32,000 nucleotides of DNA, from NCBI GenBank assembly GCA_964426185.1, contig CAYRPF010000003.1:46343-78342 (forward strand), read 5' to 3'. Below, in pieces: positions 16,700-26,216 of this stretch. Positions within the stretch are counted from its first letter, which is position 1; every line of letters starts with the position of its first letter. The position numbers and the translations under genes are program-made. The notes below the pieces were generated by a model. That model made no database searches. It was not told the DNA's origin and saw nothing but the letters and a program-made list of their open reading frames with translations. Source of the DNA: an uncultured archaeon (GTDB lineage: Archaea > Asgardarchaeota > Lokiarchaeia > Sigyniarchaeales > Promethearchaeaceae).

Positions 16700-19600
16700 A
16701 TGGTATACATAAAAAGAATGATCTGTGCTGGATTTAAGAGCTTTCGCAAGCGAACCATAATCAATTTTGATAAGGGTTTCACAGCAATTGTTGGCGCAAA
16801 TGGTTCAGGAAAAAGTAATATTATTGATGCGTTTTCTTTTGTCTTAGGTGAACTCTCTTCAAAGACCCTGCGTGCAAATAACATAAAAGACCTGATCTCA
16901 AACGGGGGGAAAGGATTTGAACCAAGTCAAACTGCTTCAGTGGAAATTTTTTTTGATAATTCTGATCAAGGATTCCCTCTTGAGAGTCAAGAAGTATGTA
17001 TTTCCCGCAAAATTAATCGATCGGGACAAAGTGTATATAAAATTAATAATAAAAGAACAACACGTAAAGAAATCATTAATTTGCTAGATTTGGCTGGTTT
17101 TATGCCGAATTCATCAAATATGATTATGCAAGGCGAGCTTTTCCGTTTGATTAACATGAGTCCCAATGACCGAAGAGAATTGATTGAAGAAATTGCTGGG
17201 ATTTCGTCCTATAACAACAAGAAACAATCTGCAGAAGAAGAATTAAATCAAGTTCAAAGTAATTTGGCTCAAGTTTCTTTATTATTAAACGAAGTATATC
17301 TCCAATTAGAACAGTTGGAGAAAGAAAAACAAGATGCAGAGAAATTCCTTGAATTAGAAGCCAAAGAAAAAATACATCAAAATGCTTTTATCCAAACTCA
17401 AATCAATCAAACAAAACATAATTTGGAAGTAATGGGCGAAAAAAAGGTTTTAATCACACAGCAGATCCAAGAAATTCAAGCCAAGCAGAAAGATTTGCAT
17501 GCAGAAATTGGAGATATTGAATTAAAAATCCATGCACTACTTCCAAAAATTAGAGATCTTCAAGATGAAGAATTAAGAAAATTAACATCTCAATTAAAAT
17601 TAATAAAAGAAGAGATTACAGAACAGAACGCATCGTTAAAATACTCTAAGCAAAACTTAGAAAATTTTGAGGATGAACGGAAAAAATTATATGCTAAAAT
17701 CTCAGAACTTGAGCAAGAAGAACATCAAGTTTTACAAAAGATTACAGATTTAGAGAATAAAAAGGAATCATTTTCTGAACAAATCCAAATCAAAGAAAAC
17801 GAAATTCAAACTTTTAATAATCAATTAGAAACGATTGATCGAGATTATATCGAACTAAAAAAAAAAGCCAACCAACTCCAAAATCGAATTGATCAAGTAA
17901 AAGACAAGCGTTCGGAAATCGATTTAGCCTTAAAGGTTAACCAAAGACGGATTAAAGATTTAGAGACACGAAAAATTTCACTAGATCAAAAAATATATCA
18001 AAAACTGCAAGAAATTGAAAAATTAAAACAAAATGTTGCAGATTTGGAAAAAAAACAAATGGAAAAATTGGGATTATCAGAGATCAATTCATTTTCCAAG
18101 GGTAATATTGAAAAGAAAATTGAAGAATTGGAAGAAAATGTGGTTCGATGGCAACACGAAATGAAAAACATTAAGCCAATTCTTCTTCAAAAACAACAAA
18201 AAGTGTTTGAACTTCAATCTCAACAACGATTAGAAAAAGAAATGAATCATGCTGGACGTATTTCCGCTATTCTTAAAGAATTAAGGCAAAAAAGTCAAAT
18301 AGAAGGGATACATGGTAGTATTGCTGAATTAGGAACCACAGATCCAAAATTTCAAAAGGCGTTGGATATGGCGGTAGGATCTCGCTTCCAATATATTGTA
18401 GTGGACAATCAACAAGTTGGTGAAATGTGCATTAAATACTTGAAAAAGAAAAATCTCGGACGTGCTTCTTTTATTCCTCTTCAAGAAATAAAATATTCTC
18501 CCTTTTCTCCATCTCTACCATCCAATAAAAAAATCTTTGGACGTGCGATAGATCTAATCAAATTTGACCAGAAATTTTACCATGCATTTGAATATATTTT
18601 TGGTCGCATTATCATTGTCGAAGATTTGATAACAGCACGTCAGTTACAAGTTCCTGCTAAACGGGTTACGCTTGATGGTGATATTGTGGATGGATCAAAT
18701 CTCATGACTGGGGGAAAAATGAAATCTTCTTCCCGTTTTGGTTTTTTCAAGGGTAAAACAGAAAAAAATATCTTACATCAAGAAAAAGCAGAATTAGCAG
18801 ATTTATTACAACAAGAAAACCAACTTTCAGTTCAAATTCGGCATGCTCAAGATGAAATATCTCGTTTATACAAGATAAAAATTTCAGGTGCCAACAAGAC
18901 CAAAGAAATCAGTGAGCAAATTGCGATTAACAATGCGAAAATTCACCAACTTCATGCTGATATTGTTCAAAATAAGAAAGAAATTGAACAATTGGAAATG
19001 AATATTCAAGATTTTTCCCAATTATTGAAAGAAAATCAAGATACATTCAAGGAAATTTCAAATGAGTTAGATATGCTAAAAACTCAATTGGCAGATATTC
19101 AAAAACAATTAGATTCTTCTGAAGAAAGTCAAATTAAAACAAAATTGAGAAAAACTGAGAAAGAATTGGCAGACTTCACTAAAAATTTAAATAAGATTGA
19201 AGTAGAATTGGCAAAAAACCAAACGATTTTATCCGATACTTTACGAAAAAACCGTAAAGAAGCTCAAGCTTTAATCAAAGAAAAAAGTGAACAAATAGAA
19301 AAGAGTTATCAACAAATTCAAGATTTAACTGAGCGAATAAGCGAATCACAAGCTCAATTTGACTCATTACAAACGACTGTAGATCAAAAAAGCCAAAAGC
19401 TTGCAAAAATCCTTAAAGAAAAAGATAATTTAACGATGCAAATCTCAGAAAAGAAAATTCAAGTTGCCAAATTTGAAAATCAAGTTCATCCTCTAAACAT
19501 GCAACTCAATACTATCGAAATTAAAGCAAATGAAATGGAAATTAAGATTCAAGAATGGAAATGCCAAATCAATCCTGAAGTGAGAATTGAACCCTTACTA

Positions 19601-20311
19601 TTGGAGAAATCTCCCGATTACCATCAAAAACAATTAAGGGAAATACAAAAATTGAAAGATCAACTTGGACCAGTAAATTTGCGTGCAATTGATAAGTATC
19701 GTGAAATTGAAGTTAGATTTAATGAACTACAACAGAAAAATGAACAAGTCATCGACGAACGCGAAGCGATTCTTGCCTTTATCGATTCTTTGGAACAAGA
19801 AAAACTCCGAGTTTTTATGAATAATTTCAATGCCATTAATTCAAATTTTGGATATGTATTCGGTAAATTATCACCTGGAGGGGAAGCTAAATTGGAATTG
19901 GAAAATCCAGAAACACCCTTTGATGGTGGAATTCAAATTCTTGCTCGTCCAGGGGAAAAGAAATGGTGTTTAACCCAAGCTATGTCTGGCGGCGAAAAAA
20001 CACTAACAATTATTGCCTTAATTTTAGGGATTCAAATGCACGTTCCTTCCCCATATTATATATTAGATGAAATCGATGCGGCTTTAGACGATGTCAATGC
20101 TTCTCTCGTGGCAGAAATGATCAAAGAACTCTCCGTTAAATCACAATTTGTAATAATTACGCATAGAGATGTGACAATGGCGCGTGTAGACCACTTACTT
20201 GGAGTTTCAAACATCGAAGGAGTTACATCTGTATTAAACCTTTCAATTCAGAAAGTTCTTCAACAAATTCAAGCAAATGAGAATAAGAATGAGGGTGTAA
20301 TTCAAACCTAA
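16700..20311 (+). CDS. smc: Chromosome segregation protein SMC
   Basis: Walker A GANGSGKSN, Q-loop QGE, long coiled coils, hinge (GIHGSIAEL, GRASFIPL, VTLDGD...MTGG), signature MSGGEK, Walker B LDEIDAALD, ITH. Confidence 0.98.
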   Translation: MVYIKRMICAGFKSFRKRTIINFDKGFTAIVGANGSGKSNIIDAFSFVLGELSSKTLRANNIKDLISNGGKGFEPSQTASVEIFFDNSDQGFPLESQEVCISRKINRSGQSVYKINNKRTTRKEIINLLDLAGFMPNSSNMIMQGELFRLINMSPNDRRELIEEIAGISSYNNKKQSAEEELNQVQSNLAQVSLLLNEVYLQLEQLEKEKQDAEKFLELEAKEKIHQNAFIQTQINQTKHNLEVMGEKKVLITQQIQEIQAKQKDLHAEIGDIELKIHALLPKIRDLQDEELRKLTSQLKLIKEEITEQNASLKYSKQNLENFEDERKKLYAKISELEQEEHQVLQKITDLENKKESFSEQIQIKENEIQTFNNQLETIDRDYIELKKKANQLQNRIDQVKDKRSEIDLALKVNQRRIKDLETRKISLDQKIYQKLQEIEKLKQNVADLEKKQMEKLGLSEINSFSKGNIEKKIEELEENVVRWQHEMKNIKPILLQKQQKVFELQSQQRLEKEMNHAGRISAILKELRQKSQIEGIHGSIAELGTTDPKFQKALDMAVGSRFQYIVVDNQQVGEMCIKYLKKKNLGRASFIPLQEIKYSPFSPSLPSNKKIFGRAIDLIKFDQKFYHAFEYIFGRIIIVEDLITARQLQVPAKRVTLDGDIVDGSNLMTGGKMKSSSRFGFFKGKTEKNILHQEKAELADLLQQENQLSVQIRHAQDEISRLYKIKISGANKTKEISEQIAINNAKIHQLHADIVQNKKEIEQLEMNIQDFSQLLKENQDTFKEISNELDMLKTQLADIQKQLDSSEESQIKTKLRKTEKELADFTKNLNKIEVELAKNQTILSDTLRKNRKEAQALIKEKSEQIEKSYQQIQDLTERISESQAQFDSLQTTVDQKSQKLAKILKEKDNLTMQISEKKIQVAKFENQVHPLNMQLNTIEIKANEMEIKIQEWKCQINPEVRIEPLLLEKSPDYHQKQLREIQKLKDQLGPVNLRAIDKYREIEVRFNELQQKNEQVIDEREAILAFIDSLEQEKLRVFMNNFNAINSNFGYVFGKLSPGGEAKLELENPETPFDGGIQILARPGEKKWCLTQAMSGGEKTLTIIALILGIQMHVPSPYYILDEIDAALDDVNASLVAEMIKELSVKSQFVIITHRDVTMARVDHLLGVSNIEGVTSVLNLSIQKVLQQIQANENKNEGVIQT

Positions 20312-20326
20312 CAATAGGAGGTAATA

Positions 20327-20896
20327 ATGATGGATGGAAAAGCAAATAATAATCTTCGATTAGAATTGGAAGCATTGATTTTTTCTTCCTCGAAGGGATT
20401 ATCACTCAAAGAAATTCAAAAAGCATTGAAAATTGAGGATGTTACAATTATTCCCAAATTGATTTCTGAAATAAACGATTTAAACCTCCAAAATAATTCG
20501 GTATTATACATATCCTATGATGGATTTCAATATCAATTTAATCTCAAAGAGAAATATCTAGATCACCCGGTGATCCAACCATTTACTGCTGGTTCTGATT
20601 TGAATAAAGCCCAAATTAAAACGCTTGCGTTTATTGCATACAATCAACCTGTGGAATATCAAGATATCATTGATTTTGTAGGACGTGGTTCAAAAAAAGC
20701 GATTCAAGTCCTCCTTCATCGAAAGTTTATATCTTATGATACAGACAAGTATGAAATTTTAGATCACGAGGGAAAAGAAAAAAGGATAAAAGTTAAAATA
20801 TTTCAAACTACTGAGCATTTTGCAGAATATTTTCATATTTCCAATGATATTAGTTTGATTCAAGATCTAATTGAAGGGGTTCTGGAAAAAGGATGA
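20327..20896 (+). CDS. scpB: SMC-Scp complex subunit ScpB
   Basis: LEALIFSS..GLS, L.KAQIKTLAFIAYNQPV, TT..F..YF; GGAGGT SD; 15 nt after smc. Confidence 0.88.
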   Translation: MMDGKANNNLRLELEALIFSSSKGLSLKEIQKALKIEDVTIIPKLISEINDLNLQNNSVLYISYDGFQYQFNLKEKYLDHPVIQPFTAGSDLNKAQIKTLAFIAYNQPVEYQDIIDFVGRGSKKAIQVLLHRKFISYDTDKYEILDHEGKEKRIKVKIFQTTEHFAEYFHISNDISLIQDLIEGVLEKG

Positions 20897-20902
20897 AAAT
20901 CA

Positions 20903-22663
20903 TCATTTGTGATAAATTGAACGAACTTCACGGATGACCAATCCAATTAAATCACTTTTTCGATTGATACAGTAGAATTTCGCCCCCATTTCTTTTAAAC
21001 TTTTAATATAAGATTGCTCTAATTCTTCTTCATATCCATCTATAAAGAAACATATCAGCATATTTCCCATTTGTAGGAGATTTTGGAAATCAGAAAACGA
21101 TTGATTCCAATTTTGAATCTCAAAATCCGTAATTACCAAAATACAACTTTTTGAATCTGCCTTTTTAGCTAAATTAATCATTTTTTGAGATGGAAGAATT
21201 GTACCACTCCCTTGATAGTCTAATAAATGTTTTTCTAAGTAATGAATATCATTTGACCATTTGGTGGATCGCGTTTTTTCTGAAAAATTAATTACTGCTG
21301 CATATGAACCTTGAGATAATGAATAATGAAGGGCAGCAAAACTCGCCAAAAGTGCTACATGGAATTTTCCCGAGATTTTATCGTTATGAAAATTCCAATC
21401 CATTGATCCAGAACTATCGAGTACAATCATTAAATCTGGGAGTTGTTCGTGAATCTTTGTTCCAGGCCCCAGAAGATAATTCCATTTTTTAGTCGTTACA
21501 TTTGGAATTAATATTGGGCTTGAAATCAAAGACTGAACTATATCTAGATCTTCTAAAGGATCACCCAACCGCCATTTTTCGATTGATACTGGGATACTTC
21601 CCCCTGGTTTTTGAATGGTAATTTCGAATTTGAGTAAATTTTTTGCCTGACTTCTATACCAGATCGCTTGTTTCTCTCGACTGTCATTTATTCCATATAA
21701 TTGAGCTACAGCTTGAAATCTTCCAAATTCATGATTTCGTGCAAAATTTTCAAAATCATCATCAATAGTTCTGCCTTTATCCTTTGAATTTTGCACTTCC
21801 TCTGACTCTTCAGATTTTGCCCTATTGTAATCAATGGTTTGAGTCAAGTCTCCGAATGATTCTTTCACATCATCAGGAATTTGGAGTGGATTCTCCAGAA
21901 ATTGCTGGGATTCTCCTGTTTGGCTATGATTCGATGAATCACTTGAAATTTTGTTTCTTAAATTCTCTTTTAAAGAACATTCTTCTTTTAAAATAGGCTT
22001 CAATAATTTTGCGATCTTTTTTAGATTTTTCGACCAAATATCCTCATTTTCAACTGAAGAAATAATGAGTTTGCAGATTTTACTGCATACATCATGAATT
22101 TGAGTATCAGAATGAAGGGATTGGATGAATTGGATATCCCAGAGTATTTCATAGCAGTGAATCAATATTTTCCATAATTTACTTGCTTTTTTGAACTGTT
22201 CTGGTGTTTCATTTTCTTTTATGTGTTTTTGCATTTCCCATTCCATTATTTGCGGAAAAAATTGATGATTTTTGAAATCAATTAACAAATCGCTAAATAT
22301 ATTTACTATAATTGGGGCAAAATATTGGTGAACTTTTGCTTCTAACACAGAATTTAACAAGATCATATTGGTGAAGTTATCATATGGGCAAAAGACATAA
22401 TGGGAAATTTCGTGAAGACTTAATGAGAAGAAATAGTCATGATATTCTTGGGTTAGAATAATATCATGAGTATTTGCCAAGTTTAGTGTAATTTGATATG
22501 ATTCGAAATCAATAAAAAAGCCGGTCTTTTTTGAATAATCAAAAATTAAATTGGGAGTTGGTAATGAGGGATAATAATAAAATTTCAAAGCGACATCAAA
22601 AGCTTTCTCCGCAATTTTCCTTATTTTTTGTTCTTCCGAATTAATTGATGATACTTCTTGCAT
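20903..22663 (-). CDS. HEXXH putative metallopeptidase domain fused to C-terminal VWA domain
   Basis: HEISH (22400-22414) followed by N-x3-D; MIDAS DSSGS (21404-21418), GSGT, ITD. ATG 22663 is 19 nt after the MoxR stop and preceded by GGGGTTGA. Confidence 0.85.
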   Translation of the reverse strand: MQEVSSINSEEQKIRKIAEKAFDVALKFYYYPSLPTPNLIFDYSKKTGFFIDFESYQITLNLANTHDIILTQEYHDYFFSLSLHEISHYVFCPYDNFTNMILLNSVLEAKVHQYFAPIIVNIFSDLLIDFKNHQFFPQIMEWEMQKHIKENETPEQFKKASKLWKILIHCYEILWDIQFIQSLHSDTQIHDVCSKICKLIISSVENEDIWSKNLKKIAKLLKPILKEECSLKENLRNKISSDSSNHSQTGESQQFLENPLQIPDDVKESFGDLTQTIDYNRAKSEESEEVQNSKDKGRTIDDDFENFARNHEFGRFQAVAQLYGINDSREKQAIWYRSQAKNLLKFEITIQKPGGSIPVSIEKWRLGDPLEDLDIVQSLISSPILIPNVTTKKWNYLLGPGTKIHEQLPDLMIVLDSSGSMDWNFHNDKISGKFHVALLASFAALHYSLSQGSYAAVINFSEKTRSTKWSNDIHYLEKHLLDYQGSGTILPSQKMINLAKKADSKSCILVITDFEIQNWNQSFSDFQNLLQMGNMLICFFIDGYEEELEQSYIKSLKEMGAKFYCINRKSDLIGLVIREVRSIYHK

Positions 22664-22682
22664 TTTTATTTTCAACCCCCCA

Positions 22683-24638
22683 TTATTCTTCATAAAAATC
22701 ATCAGAGAAGAGGGATTTCTTTTTTTCACCTGAAAGTAAATCAAGAGATTTTTGCGCTGAAGTGCCATCTTTTGGGCTTTCCAAGAAGGAGAGTTCTTCT
22801 TCTTTTTTTTGTTGAGCAATTTTTGATTCTTGGAGTAATTCATCCATAGTTTTCAGCATATTTTGATGATTTTTTTCAATCTCTTTTCTTAGTTTTCTTG
22901 CCATTTCCCCACCATAAAAGCTGAAATTTACAATATCGTGGGGGTTTGTTCCTGTAACATTTACTTCCAACTCAATATCTTCTGTTCTTAGTCGATAAGT
23001 GCCGCGACGTTGAGTTGATTCGCGAAGTTTTCTGCTGAACTGGGGAATAAGACTATCTACAGTAAATCTTATAGTATTCCAGATTTCCAAAGAGCAATTA
23101 AATGTATATAGTGTTAGAACCCTTATTTTTTCATTAAGCATGGAGATTAAATAACCTCGATTAGGAAAATCCATATTATATAATAGTTCTTTGCGAATTT
23201 TTACCAAAAGGTCCACATTTTTTGTATGATAGGCTTCAGATATTTGATGAATCTTTTCGCGGTAGGCTTTAGAATCTAATTTTTTAGCCAAAGGAAGTAG
23301 ATCTTGATGAACAATAAGATCAATTTTTGCAAATGTTTTTAATTGCTCCAAAGCATCATCTGGAGCTTTTCCTTCCCGTAAAAGGTCCACTGTTTTATAT
23401 GCTTTTGAACGGTTTAGAAATCTTTTTCGCACCATTTTTAAAATATTTTTGGTAAATGCGTATTTATTGCCCCAAAAAGGTGCTTGATTTAAGAATCGAT
23501 CAACATATTTAACCCGATGGGCTATAACGTAGGGAGCTACCGTTTCAATAACGTTTAGGGTAATTTCAGGCATTCCTAACAACCAAGTTAAAGCTCTACC
23601 ATATCGGAGCAGATCTTTAGCCACACGAACTGATAAAATCGAATCACAATTGGAACACGGAATTTTTTCAGGGATATTGTAATGACAACCAGCACACAAC
23701 CCTGTACTTGGTTTCAAATAGTCAGAATTTCCCTTATCAATTCTATCACAAAGTGTATATTCCCGAATAATCGCATGTATATAGTTTTCTGCTTCCAAAC
23801 TACATGGAACCTCGCCGACTTCAAACCAGATGTTCAAGACATCTTCTTCTGATAATACTTCTGGAATTTGAACCAACTCATCATATCCTCCCAGTTTTTC
23901 ATCTCGACTGCGAAGAATTTGGGAAAGATCTTGGGATGTAGGCATTGAGATGGGAACCGAAATTCCAAAACGATCTAAAAATGGCATGGAAAGTTCGAAT
24001 GTTCCTACATCATTAGGATTAAAAGTTGCATAAATACAATATTTTGAGACATCTAGCACAGAATCATAGTATTTGATTTTTCCTTCAGCTAAAAGAGAGA
24101 GAAGGATATTTTGTGTATACGGCGAACATCGATTTACTTCATCGATAATTTTCCAGAAACTAGTCGCAAATGTGCGCCAGATAACCTTTTCTTGTCCTTC
24201 TTTCAATAACTTGGGTAAATTCAAAGTAGCAATAATTTTTTCTTCGGTTAACTGAGGATGGCCCCGTAAAATACATTCTTCTGCTTCATCCATGGTCATT
24301 CCAGTAAACATTCTTCCCAAATACTTTACAATTGATGTCTTTCCTCCACCATGTCCTCCTACTAGTAGCATGGCTGAATTGGGGACTAATGCATTAAGAA
24401 TGCAAAGTGTTAAGATTTCTGGTAATTCAAAAGCCTTTCCTCTTTTTGACGTTTTTTTCTTTTTCTTTTTAGTAGATTTTTTTGATCTATGAGGTTGAGG
24501 ATTTAAGAAATCAGTAAGAAGGGTTTTTGGAGCATATTTTAGTAATAGAGTATTGCTATGGACGAATAGTTGATTTGCTTGAATGGTGTTAATAATGAAC
24601 CAGACTTTTTCTCTGAAATAATTATGTTCTGTTTCCAT
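22683..24638 (-). CDS. MoxR-family AAA+ ATPase with cysteine-rich insert and long C-terminal extension
   Basis: Walker A GGHGGGKT, Walker B IIDEVNR, TQNILLSLLAEG, sensor ATFNP, PFLDRF, SVR; C-x17-CxxC-x9-CxxC insert. Confidence 0.9.
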   Translation of the reverse strand: METEHNYFREKVWFIINTIQANQLFVHSNTLLLKYAPKTLLTDFLNPQPHRSKKSTKKKKKKTSKRGKAFELPEILTLCILNALVPNSAMLLVGGHGGGKTSIVKYLGRMFTGMTMDEAEECILRGHPQLTEEKIIATLNLPKLLKEGQEKVIWRTFATSFWKIIDEVNRCSPYTQNILLSLLAEGKIKYYDSVLDVSKYCIYATFNPNDVGTFELSMPFLDRFGISVPISMPTSQDLSQILRSRDEKLGGYDELVQIPEVLSEEDVLNIWFEVGEVPCSLEAENYIHAIIREYTLCDRIDKGNSDYLKPSTGLCAGCHYNIPEKIPCSNCDSILSVRVAKDLLRYGRALTWLLGMPEITLNVIETVAPYVIAHRVKYVDRFLNQAPFWGNKYAFTKNILKMVRKRFLNRSKAYKTVDLLREGKAPDDALEQLKTFAKIDLIVHQDLLPLAKKLDSKAYREKIHQISEAYHTKNVDLLVKIRKELLYNMDFPNRGYLISMLNEKIRVLTLYTFNCSLEIWNTIRFTVDSLIPQFSRKLRESTQRRGTYRLRTEDIELEVNVTGTNPHDIVNFSFYGGEMARKLRKEIEKNHQNMLKTMDELLQESKIAQQKKEEELSFLESPKDGTSAQKSLDLLSGEKKKSLFSDDFYEE

Positions 24639-24660
24639 CTTTTCTTCTTCGCCACGATTT

Positions 24661-24670
24661 TTTATATAAA
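24661..24670. promoter_or_regulatory. Palindromic TATA box, probably for the MoxR-VWA operon
   Basis: TTTATATAAA ends 22 nt upstream of ATG 24638, which implies a leaderless or near-leaderless mRNA. Confidence 0.55.
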
Positions 24671-24735
24671 TGAAAAGTAATGTAAAGTAATGTGAAATAA
24701 TATAAAATTACCTAAAATAATCTAAAATAATCTAA
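24671..24735. repeat. Degenerate 10-bp tandem repeat (about 6.5 units) in divergent intergenic region
   Basis: tgaaaagtaa/tgtaaagtaa/tgtgaaataa/tataaaatta/cctaaaataa/tctaaaataa/tctaa. Confidence 0.8.
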
Positions 24736-24860
24736 GAATGAACTTCTTTAATTCTTTCTATTCCCACATCAATAAAATACAATAACACCCCCTTTTAAAA
24801 GAAGGGTTTGTTGTGCGAAAAATCATAAAAATTATAGGAAACAATTTGCGTTATGGTTAT

Positions 24861-25487
24861 ATGGATGAAAATAAAAAAACCGAAAACCCCAATCAAGAAG
24901 AAGATGAACAAAAATCACATGATTTAATAAAAGATTCTGAATCTGCTGAAGAAAAAAACTCTGATAATATCGATGAAAATCTTCAAAAATTACTCTCTGA
25001 AGAAGAACGTGAAAAGATGGAAAAGAATTTAGATTTAGTTGTCTCATATTTAGAAGATATTGGAATTGTAGATATGAATATTGATCGGAAAAAAATGATT
25101 ATTGCTATCCCTTTTGATTATGAAGATTTTACGTTTTTGAGCCATATTGTAATGAGTGCCGATTGGATTTTGATTAAGACTTCCATCTTTGAGATAGAGC
25201 GTTTAGCTGAATCCTCTTTAATAAATCTTTTTGCAGAAGTTTTGAAGGGAAATTTTATTTTGAACAGTGTGGTTTATTCACTTGACCCTGAAAATAAGAG
25301 TATTTGGGCTCAAGCAGATGTACCTATTTCTGCGGATTTTGATACTTTTAAGCTAAGTTATTTCAGTATTGTCTTTGCGATCGATTATTTTATGAAAAAC
25401 ATTAGTTCAAAGCTGCAGATGAATCTGAAATCAACAGCCGAAAAAAAGGATTTTCGTGATACTACTACTTCAAATTTGTATATCTGA
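24861..25487 (+). CDS. Hypothetical protein, YbjN / type III chaperone-like alpha-beta domain after an acidic N-terminal tail
   Basis: Helix, three strands, LFAEVLKGN, VVYSLD...IWAQADVP, then a terminal helix; this order fits the YbjN/CesT pattern by eye. ATG 24861 is preferred to GTG 24813. Confidence 0.6.
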   Translation: MDENKKTENPNQEEDEQKSHDLIKDSESAEEKNSDNIDENLQKLLSEEEREKMEKNLDLVVSYLEDIGIVDMNIDRKKMIIAIPFDYEDFTFLSHIVMSADWILIKTSIFEIERLAESSLINLFAEVLKGNFILNSVVYSLDPENKSIWAQADVPISADFDTFKLSYFSIVFAIDYFMKNISSKLQMNLKSTAEKKDFRDTTTSNLYI

Positions 25488-25535
25488 ATAGCATCGTTCT
25501 AAAAATTTTTTATTTTTGAATGATTTTATTCAATC

Positions 25536-26216
25536 GTGCCGAAGTCTAATCCTAAACATATTAAAAAAAAAGTAGTATACCAGCGAAGTAAGTCTTTGCA
25601 GAAACACACTATTCCAACCCGTTATTGGATAATGGGGGTTTTTGGAATAGTTATTATTGCTGGTGTAATTGTTCTTGCAGTAACTTGGGATGATATTACA
25701 GGAAATGTGAACAATGATGATGATAATCCTCAAAAACTCTCTCGTGTTGTTGATGGGTGCTGGGTTACCATGGCTTATCGGATTTACTATGACAAAAATG
25801 GAGATGGAGAGATTGATTATACTGGACTTGATGTGGAAATTTACGATGAGAAAACTATTGATTATCCATTTACTACCCAGGTAACCACGGAAAGATTAAT
25901 TTTAGGATGGTATCGAGGTTTATTAGGTTTAGCCAAAGGTGAAGAAGATTATATTAATATCGAAGCTTTTGTTGATACTGATGGAGATGGTCGTAATGAT
26001 GATTCTGGCGAACCTCCTCTCGGTTATACGGTTGGGACTTTAAAGTATAAAGCTCTCATTATCTTTGTGCATATTATTGAAATATATGCAGAAGAAGGTT
26101 TCGATCCAAACACTATTCCATATTATCCTACAGCCATAACTAACCCAATAACCACAAATAATAATTTTCCCGCTCTTTTTAGTTACTTTTCGAAGATGAA
26201 GAAATGTGCAGTATAA
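25536..26216 (+). CDS. Membrane-anchored FKBP-type peptidyl-prolyl isomerase-like protein with two Dx[DN]xDG loops
   Basis: Basic N-terminus plus TM helix; GCWVTMAY, PF, LILGWYRGLLGLAKGE, LGY, LIIFVHIIEI follow the FKBP consensus; inserts DKNGDGEID and DTDGDGRND. Confidence 0.78.
   Translation: MPKSNPKHIKKKVVYQRSKSLQKHTIPTRYWIMGVFGIVIIAGVIVLAVTWDDITGNVNNDDDNPQKLSRVVDGCWVTMAYRIYYDKNGDGEIDYTGLDVEIYDEKTIDYPFTTQVTTERLILGWYRGLLGLAKGEEDYINIEAFVDTDGDGRNDDSGEPPLGYTVGTLKYKALIIFVHIIEIYAEEGFDPNTIPYYPTAITNPITTNNNFPALFSYFSKMKKCAV

Noticed and set aside
16700-20896. Wadjet/MksBEF or Rad50-type system
   Set aside because: The SMC has a canonical hinge and ScpB, with no JetA/JetD or Mre11 neighbour. It looks like housekeeping SMC.
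22664-22843. N-terminal 60 aa of the listed 646-aa VWA ORF
   Set aside because: It overlaps the MoxR 3' end in another frame; ATG 22663 with an SD-like motif is more plausible.
15549-24735. CRISPR interpretation of the 70-bp duplication or the 10-bp repeats
   Set aside because: No repeat-spacer alternation and no cas genes.
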